The notes below the pieces were generated by a model. That model made no database searches, was not told the origin of the DNA, and saw only the letters and a program-made list of their open reading frames with translations. This document shows, in pieces, positions 9,352 to 18,656 of a DNA stretch of 45,079 nucleotides. This DNA is from an uncultured Polaribacter sp. (GTDB taxonomy: Bacteria > Bacteroidota > Bacteroidia > Flavobacteriales > Flavobacteriaceae). The position numbers and the translations under genes are program-made. The stretch spans positions 1 through 45,079 of the forward strand of contig CAYPHE010000002.1 of NCBI GenBank assembly GCA_964410075.1. The letters are read 5' to 3'. Position 1 is the stretch's first letter. Every line of letters begins with the position of its first letter.

Positions 9352-12291
9352 TTAAAATTTAATACTAGCTCCAAAAAGAATAGTTCTAGTTTGAGGGTAA
9401 GTTCCAAAATCGATTCCTCTAACGGTATTACTTCCTCCGAATGCATTAACCTCTGGGTCTAAACCTGTGTAATTTGTAAATGTGAATAGGTTTTCTCCTG
9501 TGGCATAAAGTCTTAAGCTTTTAATACTTAGTTTATCTGTAATTAGTTTTGGAAATTCGTACCCTAACGTAACCGCTTTAAATCTTACATAAGAAGCATC
9601 TTCTATAAATCTTGTAGATACTCTTGAGTTGTCTGTATTTCCAAAACTAGCTCTTGGAATGTTAGTAACATCTCCTGGTTGCCTCCACCTGTCTAAAACA
9701 GCAATCGATTGATTTTTAGGATCAGACATACCTTCTAACTCTATTCTTGTTGCGTTTAAAATGTCGTTACCATAAGAACCTTCAAGTAGAACAGATAAGT
9801 CAAAACCTTTAAAAGAAAAAGAATTTGAGAAACCGTAAATAAAATCAGCATTAGCATCACCAATAACTGTTCTGTCTTCTTCTGTTGGTGTAAAAGTAGA
9901 TTCTCCATTTCTATCTATATAAAAAGAATTACCTGTTTGTGGATCTACACCTCCAAAAATATAACCGTATAAAATTCCTAAAGGCTCTCCTTCTCTTACT
10001 AAACTTGCTTCTCCTCTTCCACCAGCAATACCTCCTTGAAATAATTGTTGCCCCACTAGATCTATAACCTCATTTCTATTAAATGAAATATTAAAAGAAG
10101 AATTCCATTCAAAATTTTCTGATGTAATATTTTTACTTTGTAAACTAAATTCTAGTCCTTTATTTTGTAATTGACCGATGTTTTGAATACCAGAACTAAA
10201 ACCTGTTGATGTAGGCAAAGGTGCATCTAATAATAAATCTTTGATTTCTTTAATATAGGCTTCTGCTGTAAAACTTATTCTACTATCTAGTAAAGAAATA
10301 TCTATACCAATATTTGTTTGTGCAGACTCTTCCCATTTTAAAGATAAGTTTTCAATAGATGCAGGAAAAGTTCCTGGTTGTGCTACGCCTCCAATAGGGT
10401 AATTTGCTCCTAACCCGATTCTTCCTAAATATGCATAGTTTTGAAATTGATCATTTCCTACAACTCCGTAACCAACTCTTAATTTAAGATCGTTAATTAA
10501 TTCTACATTCTCAAAAAACTTTTCATTAGAAATTCTCCAACCTGCAGAAAGTGATGGAAAAACGCCCCATCTTTTATTGGGTCCAAATATACTAGATCCG
10601 TCTACTCTAACATTTGCCGTAAATAAGTACCTATCTTTAAAAGCATAATTAAACCTACTTATAAAAGCTGTATTTGCATTCTCTTCTTTAAATGCGGTTG
10701 CCGCTAATATTTCTGATCCACCATTTGGAGTTGGAATAGCACCACTTGCAAAGTTTCTAGTTGTAATAGAACTGTTTTCAAATGCATTTTTTTGAATTAC
10801 CATTCCTACCAATGCGTCTATTTTATGATTTTCTAAATCTTTCTTAAAACTAATTGTGTTATCTATGATATAATATTCAGAGTCGTTTGTATTATAAATA
10901 GATTGCCCACCTATTGCTCTACCAAAACCTGTTCTAGTTGGATCTAAAAAAGAGTTAAAAATTCCACCATTTTGATCTATTCCGTAATTGAATTTATAGG
11001 TAAAGTTTTTCAAAAACTTAGCTTCTAAAAAGATATTCCCTAAAAAACGTTTGCTATTAAATTCTCTTTCTAATCCGTCTGTACTAGCTAAAGGATTTTC
11101 CCAGTTCTGAAAAGGGTTACTTGTAAACCCTCCATTTTCATCAAAAATTCCAATAATACTTGGTGTTGTTAAAGCTCCTAAAAGTACACCTCCTGCGTTT
11201 ACATTATTATTATCATTAATGTCTACATCTCTGTAATCTGTATACGCTATTCTTGTTCCTATTTTTAGCCAATCGTTTACTTGTTGTTCTAAGTTTATTT
11301 TAAAATTAGCTCTCTCTAATTCTGCACTTCTAACAGCACCTACTTGAGCTGTGTAACCAGCAGATACATAATAATTAAACCCGTTGTTAGAAGCTGAAAC
11401 AGAAAATTGGTAATTTTGAGATAAACCATTTTGAAAAATTTCATTTTGCCAATCTGTTCTTTCTGTAAGTGCGTCCCAATCTGTACTTAAACCTAATTCT
11501 GTTGCTAAATCTCTGTATTGCTCACCATTTAAAACAGGTAATGTATTCCATACTTGAGAAAAACCTAAATAAGAATCTATTGTTATTAAAGGTTTTGATG
11601 TTTTTCCTCTTTTAGTAGTAATAAGAACTACACCATTAGCTCCCTGAGCTCCATAAATTGCTGTAGATGCTCCGTCTTTTAAAATGGTTATGGTATCAAT
11701 ATCATTAGGATTGATAGCTCTTGTATCTCTTGTAGGTACTCCGTCTACAACATATAAAGGATCACTACTAGATTGAATAGAATTTGTACCTCTAATTCTA
11801 ATATTAAATCCGGCGGATGGTTTTCCTGAACTTGTTAAAACTTGTACACCTGCAGCTTGCCCTTGTATTAAAGCCCCAAGTTGTGTATTTGCTCTAGACT
11901 CAATTGTTTCTGATTTTAATGTAGATACACTACCCGTAATATCTTTTTTTACTTGAGATCCATAACCTACCACCACAACTTCTTCTAATTGATCTGAACT
12001 TTCTTCTAAAACTACATCTATTTTAGTTTTACCCTCTACAGCTATTTCTTTGGTTTTCATGCCTAAATAACTAAATACCAAAATTGCATTGGCATCTATT
12101 TTATTAGAAAATTGATAAAATCCATCAAAATTTGTAGTTACTCCTTTTGTAGTTCCTTTAATTAATACAGTTACTCCAAAAAGAGGTTCATTTGTTTGAT
12201 CTGTAACTGTACCTTCTAAGGTATTTTGAGAATGTAATAATGTTACAGAAAAAAAAACACATAAAAAGACTATATGTCGAAAATTTATCAT
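9352..12291 (-). CDS. susC: SusC/RagA TonB-dependent transporter
   Basis: LEEVVVVGYG, IRIRGTNS, PLYVVDG, LKDGASTAIYGAQGANGVVLITTK, LKWEES, C-terminal YPQTRT..IKF. Confidence 0.97.
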   Translation of the reverse strand: MINFRHIVFLCVFFSVTLLHSQNTLEGTVTDQTNEPLFGVTVLIKGTTKGVTTNFDGFYQFSNKIDANAILVFSYLGMKTKEIAVEGKTKIDVVLEESSDQLEEVVVVGYGSQVKKDITGSVSTLKSETIESRANTQLGALIQGQAAGVQVLTSSGKPSAGFNIRIRGTNSIQSSSDPLYVVDGVPTRDTRAINPNDIDTITILKDGASTAIYGAQGANGVVLITTKRGKTSKPLITIDSYLGFSQVWNTLPVLNGEQYRDLATELGLSTDWDALTERTDWQNEIFQNGLSQNYQFSVSASNNGFNYYVSAGYTAQVGAVRSAELERANFKINLEQQVNDWLKIGTRIAYTDYRDVDINDNNNVNAGGVLLGALTTPSIIGIFDENGGFTSNPFQNWENPLASTDGLEREFNSKRFLGNIFLEAKFLKNFTYKFNYGIDQNGGIFNSFLDPTRTGFGRAIGGQSIYNTNDSEYYIIDNTISFKKDLENHKIDALVGMVIQKNAFENSSITTRNFASGAIPTPNGGSEILAATAFKEENANTAFISRFNYAFKDRYLFTANVRVDGSSIFGPNKRWGVFPSLSAGWRISNEKFFENVELINDLKLRVGYGVVGNDQFQNYAYLGRIGLGANYPIGGVAQPGTFPASIENLSLKWEESAQTNIGIDISLLDSRISFTAEAYIKEIKDLLLDAPLPTSTGFSSGIQNIGQLQNKGLEFSLQSKNITSENFEWNSSFNISFNRNEVIDLVGQQLFQGGIAGGRGEASLVREGEPLGILYGYIFGGVDPQTGNSFYIDRNGESTFTPTEEDRTVIGDANADFIYGFSNSFSFKGFDLSVLLEGSYGNDILNATRIELEGMSDPKNQSIAVLDRWRQPGDVTNIPRASFGNTDNSRVSTRFIEDASYVRFKAVTLGYEFPKLITDKLSIKSLRLYATGENLFTFTNYTGLDPEVNAFGGSNTVRGIDFGTYPQTRTILFGASIKF

Positions 12292-12373
12292 TTAAATTGT
12301 TTTTTATTAAGTTGATTACTCTATACTCTACTAAGTATTATATTAACACTTTTATGTAGTATTTTAACCTCTC

Positions 12374-12400
12374 CAAAGGTAGCAAGAAGAAAAAGTCAAA
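12374..12400 (-). promoter_or_regulatory. Bacteroidetes primary-sigma promoter of the susC operon
   Basis: Minus-strand TACCTTTG (12381-12374) matches the -7 consensus TAnnTTTG; TTTG at 12400-12397 lies 15 nt upstream, shorter than the usual spacer. Confidence 0.6.
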
Positions 12401-12415
12401 AAATTATTTTTTTAA

Positions 12416-12505
12416 AAAAAAGTAGTAAAATAAAATAGTTTTATTTTTTAAAAACCTAATTAACAGTAATTTAAAAAATTAATAAAACATAAAATAGTAG
12501 TAAAA
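12416..12505 (-). promoter_or_regulatory. Candidate SusR-like operator: long-spaced direct repeat
   Basis: aaaa[a/t]agtagtaaaa at 12416-12430 and 12491-12505 (14/15 identical, 75-bp period), just upstream of the promoter. Confidence 0.45.
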
Positions 12506-12557
12506 AGTACCTAACTAAGTAGTTGTTTTAAGACTAAGATCACTTACAATACTAGAA

Positions 12558-14192
12558 TTATTTTATTTTTTTTACTTCTTCTTCGAAAGAATCTCTACCA
12601 CTTTTTGCGTTATTTTTTAGCTTAACTCTGTAATTGTAGATTGTACTAACAGAATAGCGTAGAATTTTTGCAATCTGCTCACTTTTTGTAATTCCTAGTC
12701 GTATTAATGCGTAAATTCTTAATTCGGTATTTAAAACTTCGCTTTCTTTAGTCTTAATTTTTTTATCATCAAGAAGCAACTTGTTAAATTCAGAAATAAA
12801 ATTTGGATAAATTTCTAGAAAAGATTCATCAAAGTTTTTATGAAAAAGCTTCATTTCTGTATCTACCACCTGTTTTGATTTAGATAGCTTCTTAAGCTCA
12901 TCTACTTTATTTAAGGTAACATATTTTTTAACTAACTTTCTATATATATCTAGTTTATTAATATAATCTGAATACAAATTTAGAAACGTACCAATGTACT
13001 TTTCTTTAATAACATTTGCTTGAAGAAGTTCTTGATATAATTCATTTAAATTATCGTTAGAAATGTTTAATTGAGAGTTAAGGTCTTTTAACTCTGAATT
13101 GGCACTATTAAGCTGTTCTCTTGCTAGAGATAATTTTTTATACTGTCTGTAAATAAAAACTAATGTAAAAAGCAGAAATACTGCAAGAATACTTATAAAT
13201 AGTAAAGACTTGGTTAATTTTTTATTTTGCAAATTACTTTCTCGCTCATAGGCTTCTGTAATAACAGGAAGTATATTAGACAGGTTAATAAACCTTAATT
13301 TAGAATTAAAGAATTTTGCATCATCTAATGAAAAGTTAATATACTTGTGCGCTTTAAAAATCTTTTTTTCTTCATAAAGCCTCATTGCTAATTTTGCCAA
13401 AGACGCATTATCTTTTACAGAAGCTTGAATGTCTGAAATAGAAGAAAAAACAAGAAACTTTTTTTCTAAATCTCTATTTTTTGCCAATTCATATAATAAG
13501 GACCTTTCAAAAGTGATTAACGAATAAATACGTGTTCCACTCTTTTTACCCATTAATCTTGTGTCATTAACTTGTAATGCTTTTTCTAGTTGCCTTTCGT
13601 CTCTGTATTCTTTTTCTCGTAGTCTAAGTAATTCATCAGAATTTTCTGGCAATATTGCAGCTAATGAATCTTGATAATTTTTGTGTAACCAATAATATTT
13701 GTGTTCATTTTCTGGAATAGAAGAGTAATAGCTTAATTCTGAGTAGCCCTCTTTTAAAGAATAAAAATAGCTTTGAAGTAATTTAGAAGGAATCTCATCT
13801 CTTTTCAACTGGGTTAAAATATCTAAAGATTCTTTATACCTACCAGACTCCATAAGTAATTTAGCAAGTAAAATTTTAGAATCTATAATAAGAGTAGTAT
13901 CATTTAGCTCTTTAGATACATTTAAATTTTCTAAAGTGTAGTATAATGCGGCATCAAAACTATAGTATTCTAACTCGTAGATTAGCTTTTTTCTAATTTG
14001 AAATTTTGTTTTATCATCTAAAAGGTTGTCTTCAAGTATACTTTTATATTTATTAATTTCTTTTTCTTTATTGGTGTCAAAAAAAGAACGTTTTGCCATT
14101 TTAGATTCTAAATCTATAAGTAGCGAGTCTATATTATTTGAAGAATATAAAGTTCCAGAAACAAGAAGTAAACCAAATAAAAATTTAATCAT
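12558..14192 (-). CDS. SusR-like membrane-spanning transcriptional regulator (DUF6377)
   Basis: N-terminal helical sensor region, one TM helix (LLFISILAVFLLFTLVFIY), coiled coil, C-terminal ELRIYALIRLGI..IAKILRYSVSTIYNYR helix-turn-helix; upstream of susC. Confidence 0.88.
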   Translation of the reverse strand: MIKFLFGLLLVSGTLYSSNNIDSLLIDLESKMAKRSFFDTNKEKEINKYKSILEDNLLDDKTKFQIRKKLIYELEYYSFDAALYYTLENLNVSKELNDTTLIIDSKILLAKLLMESGRYKESLDILTQLKRDEIPSKLLQSYFYSLKEGYSELSYYSSIPENEHKYYWLHKNYQDSLAAILPENSDELLRLREKEYRDERQLEKALQVNDTRLMGKKSGTRIYSLITFERSLLYELAKNRDLEKKFLVFSSISDIQASVKDNASLAKLAMRLYEEKKIFKAHKYINFSLDDAKFFNSKLRFINLSNILPVITEAYERESNLQNKKLTKSLLFISILAVFLLFTLVFIYRQYKKLSLAREQLNSANSELKDLNSQLNISNDNLNELYQELLQANVIKEKYIGTFLNLYSDYINKLDIYRKLVKKYVTLNKVDELKKLSKSKQVVDTEMKLFHKNFDESFLEIYPNFISEFNKLLLDDKKIKTKESEVLNTELRIYALIRLGITKSEQIAKILRYSVSTIYNYRVKLKNNAKSGRDSFEEEVKKIK

Positions 14193-14278
14193 TATTAGTT
14201 GCCAATATTTTTAAGTGTTAAAATTTAAAGTTTAATAACATAAGCTTTAAATTAAAAAAAGACAGCTTATAAAAATAT

Positions 14279-14286
14279 CAAATATA
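14279..14286 (-). promoter_or_regulatory. Putative -7 promoter element of the regulator gene
   Basis: Minus-strand TATATTTG matches TAnnTTTG, between the upstream terminator and ATG 14192; no clear -33 element. Confidence 0.4.
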
Positions 14287-14349
14287 TATTACTTTTTTAG
14301 ATTATTCTTTTTTATGAGATTTAAGAGCAAATTACATGGTTATATAAAC

Positions 14350-14378
14350 AAAAAAACTCCAGTTTAAAACTGAAGTTT
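14350..14378 (-). terminator. Rho-independent terminator
   Basis: Minus strand AAACTTCAGT-TTTAA-ACTGGAGTTT followed by TTTT. Confidence 0.75.
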
Positions 14379-14380
14379 AA

Positions 14381-14465
14381 TTAGTGGTGGTATATTATAT
14401 TAATACTTCGAAAACTACCACGCAAACTATGAGGCTGTGCAACGACTAAGCAAATTTTTGCCTAG
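14381..14465 (-). ncRNA. Candidate structured RNA element (unassigned)
   Basis: Locally GC-richer intergenic patch with several complementary pairs: CTAGGCAAA/TTTGCTTAG, TTAGT/ACTAA, GCA-C-AGC/GTTTGC, GTGGTA/TACCAC; abuts the terminator. Confidence 0.3.
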
Positions 14466-14479
14466 TTTTATTTTTCTAT

Positions 14480-15187
14480 TTAACGTTTAAAATACCAAAG
14501 AGGACCAGTAACTTCTGCTCCTTTATCGTCTTTTACCTTTATTTTCCAATAATAGGTTGTATCTGCAGTATCTAAATTGGTTTCAAAAGTAGTTGCCTGA
14601 ATATTTTCAGCAACCTTAGCAAGAGCATCTTTACTTTTACCAAAATAAACATCAAATGTAAGTGGATCTTTATCTACGTCGGAGGCAGACCATTCTAAAG
14701 AAACTGTAGTATTTCCACTTTCTAAAGTTTGCCCTAAAAAAGGCTTTACTAAACTAGGTGCAAATGGTAAATGATTGCTATTAGGGACTTCTTCTGTATA
14801 AAATTGTGCTGTTGGTGAGTAATCGCTCTCTATACTTTTTGTACTTTTTGCTTTAACTCTCCAATAGTATGCAAAACCTTTTTCTAAAGTAATTGTTTTA
14901 GACAAATCTGTAAGTACTTCATCTACAACCTTATTTGAAAATTGATTATCCTTAGCTATTTCTAAAGTATAAATTACAGAGCTGCCATCTTCGTTTGTAG
15001 AGGCTTGCCATTCAAAATTTAAAACATTGGTTGTGCATAACTGGTCTTGTCCAGGAAAAACCAAACTTGGCACTGTAGGCTTGCTTTCAAGACCTCCTCC
15101 TCCATCTCCGTCATCAGAGTCACCTCCTGAGGAACAAGACAGACATACAAAAGTTAAAAGCATTAGTTTAAATATACTATTTCTCAT
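14480..15187 (-). CDS. Lipoprotein with two fibronectin-III-like repeats
   Basis: Lipobox CLSC then Gly/Asp linker; two repeats P-x-x-PSLV-x-P..(F/L)EW-x-AS..YYW(R/K)(V/I)K. Confidence 0.75.
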   Translation of the reverse strand: MRNSIFKLMLLTFVCLSCSSGGDSDDGDGGGGLESKPTVPSLVFPGQDQLCTTNVLNFEWQASTNEDGSSVIYTLEIAKDNQFSNKVVDEVLTDLSKTITLEKGFAYYWRVKAKSTKSIESDYSPTAQFYTEEVPNSNHLPFAPSLVKPFLGQTLESGNTTVSLEWSASDVDKDPLTFDVYFGKSKDALAKVAENIQATTFETNLDTADTTYYWKIKVKDDKGAEVTGPLWYFKR

Positions 15188-15199
15188 GATTTATTTTTT

Positions 15200-18100
15200 T
15201 TATTGCTTTACAATTTTAAGCGTTTGAGCATTTTCAAAACCTGCTATTCTTACAAAATAAATTCCCGAAGAATAGTCTTTCATATCTACTGATACTTTAC
15301 CTCCAACTACTTTATATTGTTTTTTAGAAACTAAGCCAGAAGTTATAGAATACAATTCTACACTTACATTAGACTTTGAAGTTTGAGGAATACTCAATTC
15401 AAATTGATTGATTACTGGGTTTGGAAAAGCTTTTAATTTGCTAGATGCATCCATTACCTTGGTTAATTTACCTTCGCAAGTAGCTTTGGTTTCAATATTA
15501 ACAATATCTCCTTCTCTTGCAGGAACACTAAAAGAAGTGTTGCTAGTTTCCATTACCTGCTGATTATTTACAAATACCTTATATGGTGCGGTTCCAGTTT
15601 CAATATTAACACCAACAAAACCTTTCTTTGATGTAACAAATTTTCCACTCAACAACCCAGAAGCTTCAATTTCTAAATTAACACAATGTTCGTAGGTTGT
15701 ATTAGATATTCCAAAGCAAATATCATAAACTCCAGGATCTAAATTTGGCACATTTAAAGCTTCATTAAAGCTATATTCTGTTACTCCAATAGTTACTCTA
15801 TAATTGTGTTTGAATTTTGTATTAATCTGAATTTGACCATTTTTACCTTGACAAGTTTCGTCAACAGTTTGAATTGTAAAGTTATCTGCTGCAACAAAAA
15901 CCTCAGAAAAATCTTGATCTAATATAAAATCTAAAACCCCACTACCATAAGTTGCAAAACGTACTGCGTTTTCAGATTCTATAAATTGTACATCTGTATA
16001 CCCTAATGCATCTGGTACGGCTAGTCCATCCATTTTAAACCATTGATCTTGCTGAACAGAATAAACCCAAGCTCCATCAAATTCGCAGGCTGCGAAAATA
16101 TATTGACCATTTGGAGATGCATCTAACTCCGTGATTCGATCTACATTAAGTCCAGAATTATGATTTGTAAATGTTTTTCCACCGTCATTAGAAATTAAAA
16201 ACATATTCCCTTTTCCTGCATAATATACTGTTGCTTCGTCTATAGGACTTGTTGCTATAACTTGTCTTCTCTTTCTATGAGAATTATCTTGTTGTGGCCA
16301 AGAACCAGAATAGCTAGAAGCTGTAAAACTATTACCACCGTCTGTAGAGTACATAAATTTACCAGAAGTTAAACCAACATACCAACGGTTTCTACTTATT
16401 TTCGAATATCCGAAACTACGTGTTGTTTCAGAAAACGTAAAAGAATGTAAAGTTCTATCTACCGTACTGCCATTATATGTTAATTTATGTAATTGATTTG
16501 CCCAAGGTATATATACTGCATCTTCACTTTCATTTGGAGAAGGTACCATACTTGTAGCAGACCAGTTAGGATAAAGATCTCTTCTTGAAACTACCGTTCT
16601 AAAATTACCTCCATTGGTTACAGAGCTTCTTCCAATAGCTCCATAATAATACCAGTACCAAGCAGATTCTCCTCCATTAGCAACAGCTACTCTTAAAACA
16701 TCTGTATTTGCTTCTCTAGCTGTTGGTATGGGTATACTTTTATCATAATCATTATCTCCAGAAAAACTTTGTGAGCCTCTGTCTTGATTTCCTGTATAAA
16801 CTATGTTGTGTTTTTCGCTGGTTTCAGCATCATAACACATTGTGGTAGGATTACCTTTACTTACACTAACCCAAGAATTCCAATCTTCTGGTGATGTTGA
16901 ATAATAGGTTCCAAAATCGTAACCTGATATTGTAAAAAATCCTCCATCTTCCTTATCAAAAGTTTTATAATGTTGTAAATCCCAAACATATATATCATTG
17001 TTACTTAAAACATGGTTATTCCTAGTCCAAGTTACTCCATAGTCTGTAGAAATCCATAATTCAACAAATCCTTTAAAAACAATATTTGGTTTTGTTGGGT
17101 GTACTTCAACGATGTTTCTTCCAGTATCGCTTGCGGTAACACTTTTTGTCCAAGTAGCACCTTCGTTACCCGAATAATAAATAGATGTATTGCCATAACT
17201 GATATAAAAATGTGTAGTTCCATTTACTGTAGTTCCTTGTACAGAACTTAAAGCATCTACTTTTACCGTTGGTTCATGAATTAAAGAAAAATCGGCATCA
17301 TTTTCTCCCATTTTGTATACATACAATTTAGAATCGCTAGTTCTTCTAGCTAATAGGTAAACTGCTCTACTACCATGAGGTTTTAAAATTTCTACATCAA
17401 ACGAAGAGCTTTTAAAAGTTAAACTTGATGTCGTATAATTTAAACCGTAGTCAGTAGAAATATAAACATAGTCGTACCATGCATTTCCATCAGAGGCATT
17501 TCTTCTTGCTCCGTGCGCTAGTATACGTTTGCTATTTCCTTTTTTGGTAACTGTAGTGGTGTAGTTTGCACTACCTTGAAAGAATGCTCCATTAGCATCC
17601 ATCCAAGTTCGTCCTTCGTCGTCTGAAAACTCCATACCTCCATTAGCTTTTTGGTTTAATAACCTAAAAGAACCGTCTTGCAGGTTTACACCATTAAATT
17701 TATCTCCTTCAAAGCTTTTTGTATGGTTTCTAAGCGACCATTTTACAGGAGCATCTTCATCTATTTTATAGATATGTCCTGCAAAAGATACAATATACAT
17801 TTCTTCATTTACAGGATCATATAAAGAGCCGTCAGTTCTAAAACCTCCTTCATTATAACCCGGATTTGTTGTAGATGTCATGTGTAAATATTTTTGATCC
17901 CAAGTACCAGATAAGGTGCTATTAGCATAAAAATATTTTTCGGTTGTAAGAGAAGACATATTTTGCTTTGCAGCTTTAAAATAATTTGAAAAATCCTCTT
18001 GACTACTAAATAGAAAACCAGATTTTTCAGTTTCCTTAAGCCAAGAATTGTATTCTTCTAAGTCATCTCCCTTTAATGCAGTATAATCAAATGGTTTTGG

Positions 18101-18292
18101 TAAAGCTTCCTCATCCATAGCCATTTCATAAGCAATTTCTTCTGGAGTTTCTTCTTCATGATGCTCATAATCGGCACCATAATTATACTCTACATCTTCG
18201 CTATTTTTTTTAAAAAAATCGTTCTGAAAATAAAGTGTTATTGACGAAGTAAGAATAACTAAAACCAGTCCTGTTAAAAGTTTTTTTCTCAT
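15200..18292 (-). CDS. T9SS type A secreted Asp-box (BNR/VPS10-like) beta-propeller protein, possible glycoside hydrolase
   Basis: Asp-boxes SDDEGRTW, STDYGLNY, SGNEGATW, STDYGVTW, STDGGNSF, SNDGGKTF; ATYGSGV propeller end; Ig-like DETC..GQI domain; AFPNP..SGIYFVRI..LKIVKQ sorting domain. Confidence 0.82.
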   Translation of the reverse strand: MRKKLLTGLVLVILTSSITLYFQNDFFKKNSEDVEYNYGADYEHHEEETPEEIAYEMAMDEEALPKPFDYTALKGDDLEEYNSWLKETEKSGFLFSSQEDFSNYFKAAKQNMSSLTTEKYFYANSTLSGTWDQKYLHMTSTTNPGYNEGGFRTDGSLYDPVNEEMYIVSFAGHIYKIDEDAPVKWSLRNHTKSFEGDKFNGVNLQDGSFRLLNQKANGGMEFSDDEGRTWMDANGAFFQGSANYTTTVTKKGNSKRILAHGARRNASDGNAWYDYVYISTDYGLNYTTSSLTFKSSSFDVEILKPHGSRAVYLLARRTSDSKLYVYKMGENDADFSLIHEPTVKVDALSSVQGTTVNGTTHFYISYGNTSIYYSGNEGATWTKSVTASDTGRNIVEVHPTKPNIVFKGFVELWISTDYGVTWTRNNHVLSNNDIYVWDLQHYKTFDKEDGGFFTISGYDFGTYYSTSPEDWNSWVSVSKGNPTTMCYDAETSEKHNIVYTGNQDRGSQSFSGDNDYDKSIPIPTAREANTDVLRVAVANGGESAWYWYYYGAIGRSSVTNGGNFRTVVSRRDLYPNWSATSMVPSPNESEDAVYIPWANQLHKLTYNGSTVDRTLHSFTFSETTRSFGYSKISRNRWYVGLTSGKFMYSTDGGNSFTASSYSGSWPQQDNSHRKRRQVIATSPIDEATVYYAGKGNMFLISNDGGKTFTNHNSGLNVDRITELDASPNGQYIFAACEFDGAWVYSVQQDQWFKMDGLAVPDALGYTDVQFIESENAVRFATYGSGVLDFILDQDFSEVFVAADNFTIQTVDETCQGKNGQIQINTKFKHNYRVTIGVTEYSFNEALNVPNLDPGVYDICFGISNTTYEHCVNLEIEASGLLSGKFVTSKKGFVGVNIETGTAPYKVFVNNQQVMETSNTSFSVPAREGDIVNIETKATCEGKLTKVMDASSKLKAFPNPVINQFELSIPQTSKSNVSVELYSITSGLVSKKQYKVVGGKVSVDMKDYSSGIYFVRIAGFENAQTLKIVKQ

Positions 18293-18319
18293 AATTATGT
18301 CTTATCTTATATAGATGGG

Positions 18320-18386
18320 TAAATTTAATATAAACAAAAAGCAAAAACATGAAGCAAAATACTCTAAACATGTACAAAAACACTCT
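18320..18386 (-). promoter_or_regulatory. Promoter (-7 variant TAAATTTA) with tandem 21-bp direct-repeat operator
   Basis: aaacatgaagcaaaatactct (18345-18365) and aaacatgtacaaaaacactct (18366-18386), 17/21 identical; the same layout recurs at 31999-32065. Confidence 0.65.
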
Positions 18387-18570
18387 ACTTATAAATTTTT
18401 AAACAAAATTTTAATGGCAAATAAAGAATATGCATTTATATAAATTGTATAAATCTTAATATTAACAATTATAGCTTATAAAAATTAGAGCACATAATAT
18501 TTATAAAAATGAAAATTTTGAACATATAAGTTTCAAAAACGAACAATTAAAATACTCAAAAACATATACG

Positions 18571-18601
18571 AAAAAACTTTTTACAGCCTACGAAAGTTTT
18601 T
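18571..18601 (-). terminator. Weak terminator-like hairpin after the Hyp operon
   Basis: AAAAACTTT...AAAGTTTTT inverted repeat about 55 nt after stop 18657; AT-rich stem. Confidence 0.35.
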
Positions 18602-18656
18602 GGTGTTTTTCTTGAATTTAATGCTATCCTTTTTACTTAAAAACTTATATAAAAAA

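Noticed and set aside
15200-18292. Calling the Asp-box protein a sialidase (GH33) or xyloglucanase (GH74)
   Set aside because: Asp-boxes are structural and I could not identify the diagnostic catalytic motifs.
18345-18386. Tandem 21-bp repeats as a CRISPR remnant or VNTR
   Set aside because: Only two imperfect adjacent units, no spacers and no cas genes; better explained as an operator.
18387-18656. Long AT-rich intergenic stretch as a small gene or mobile-element scar
   Set aside because: No convincing ORF, terminal inverted repeats or target-site duplication seen.
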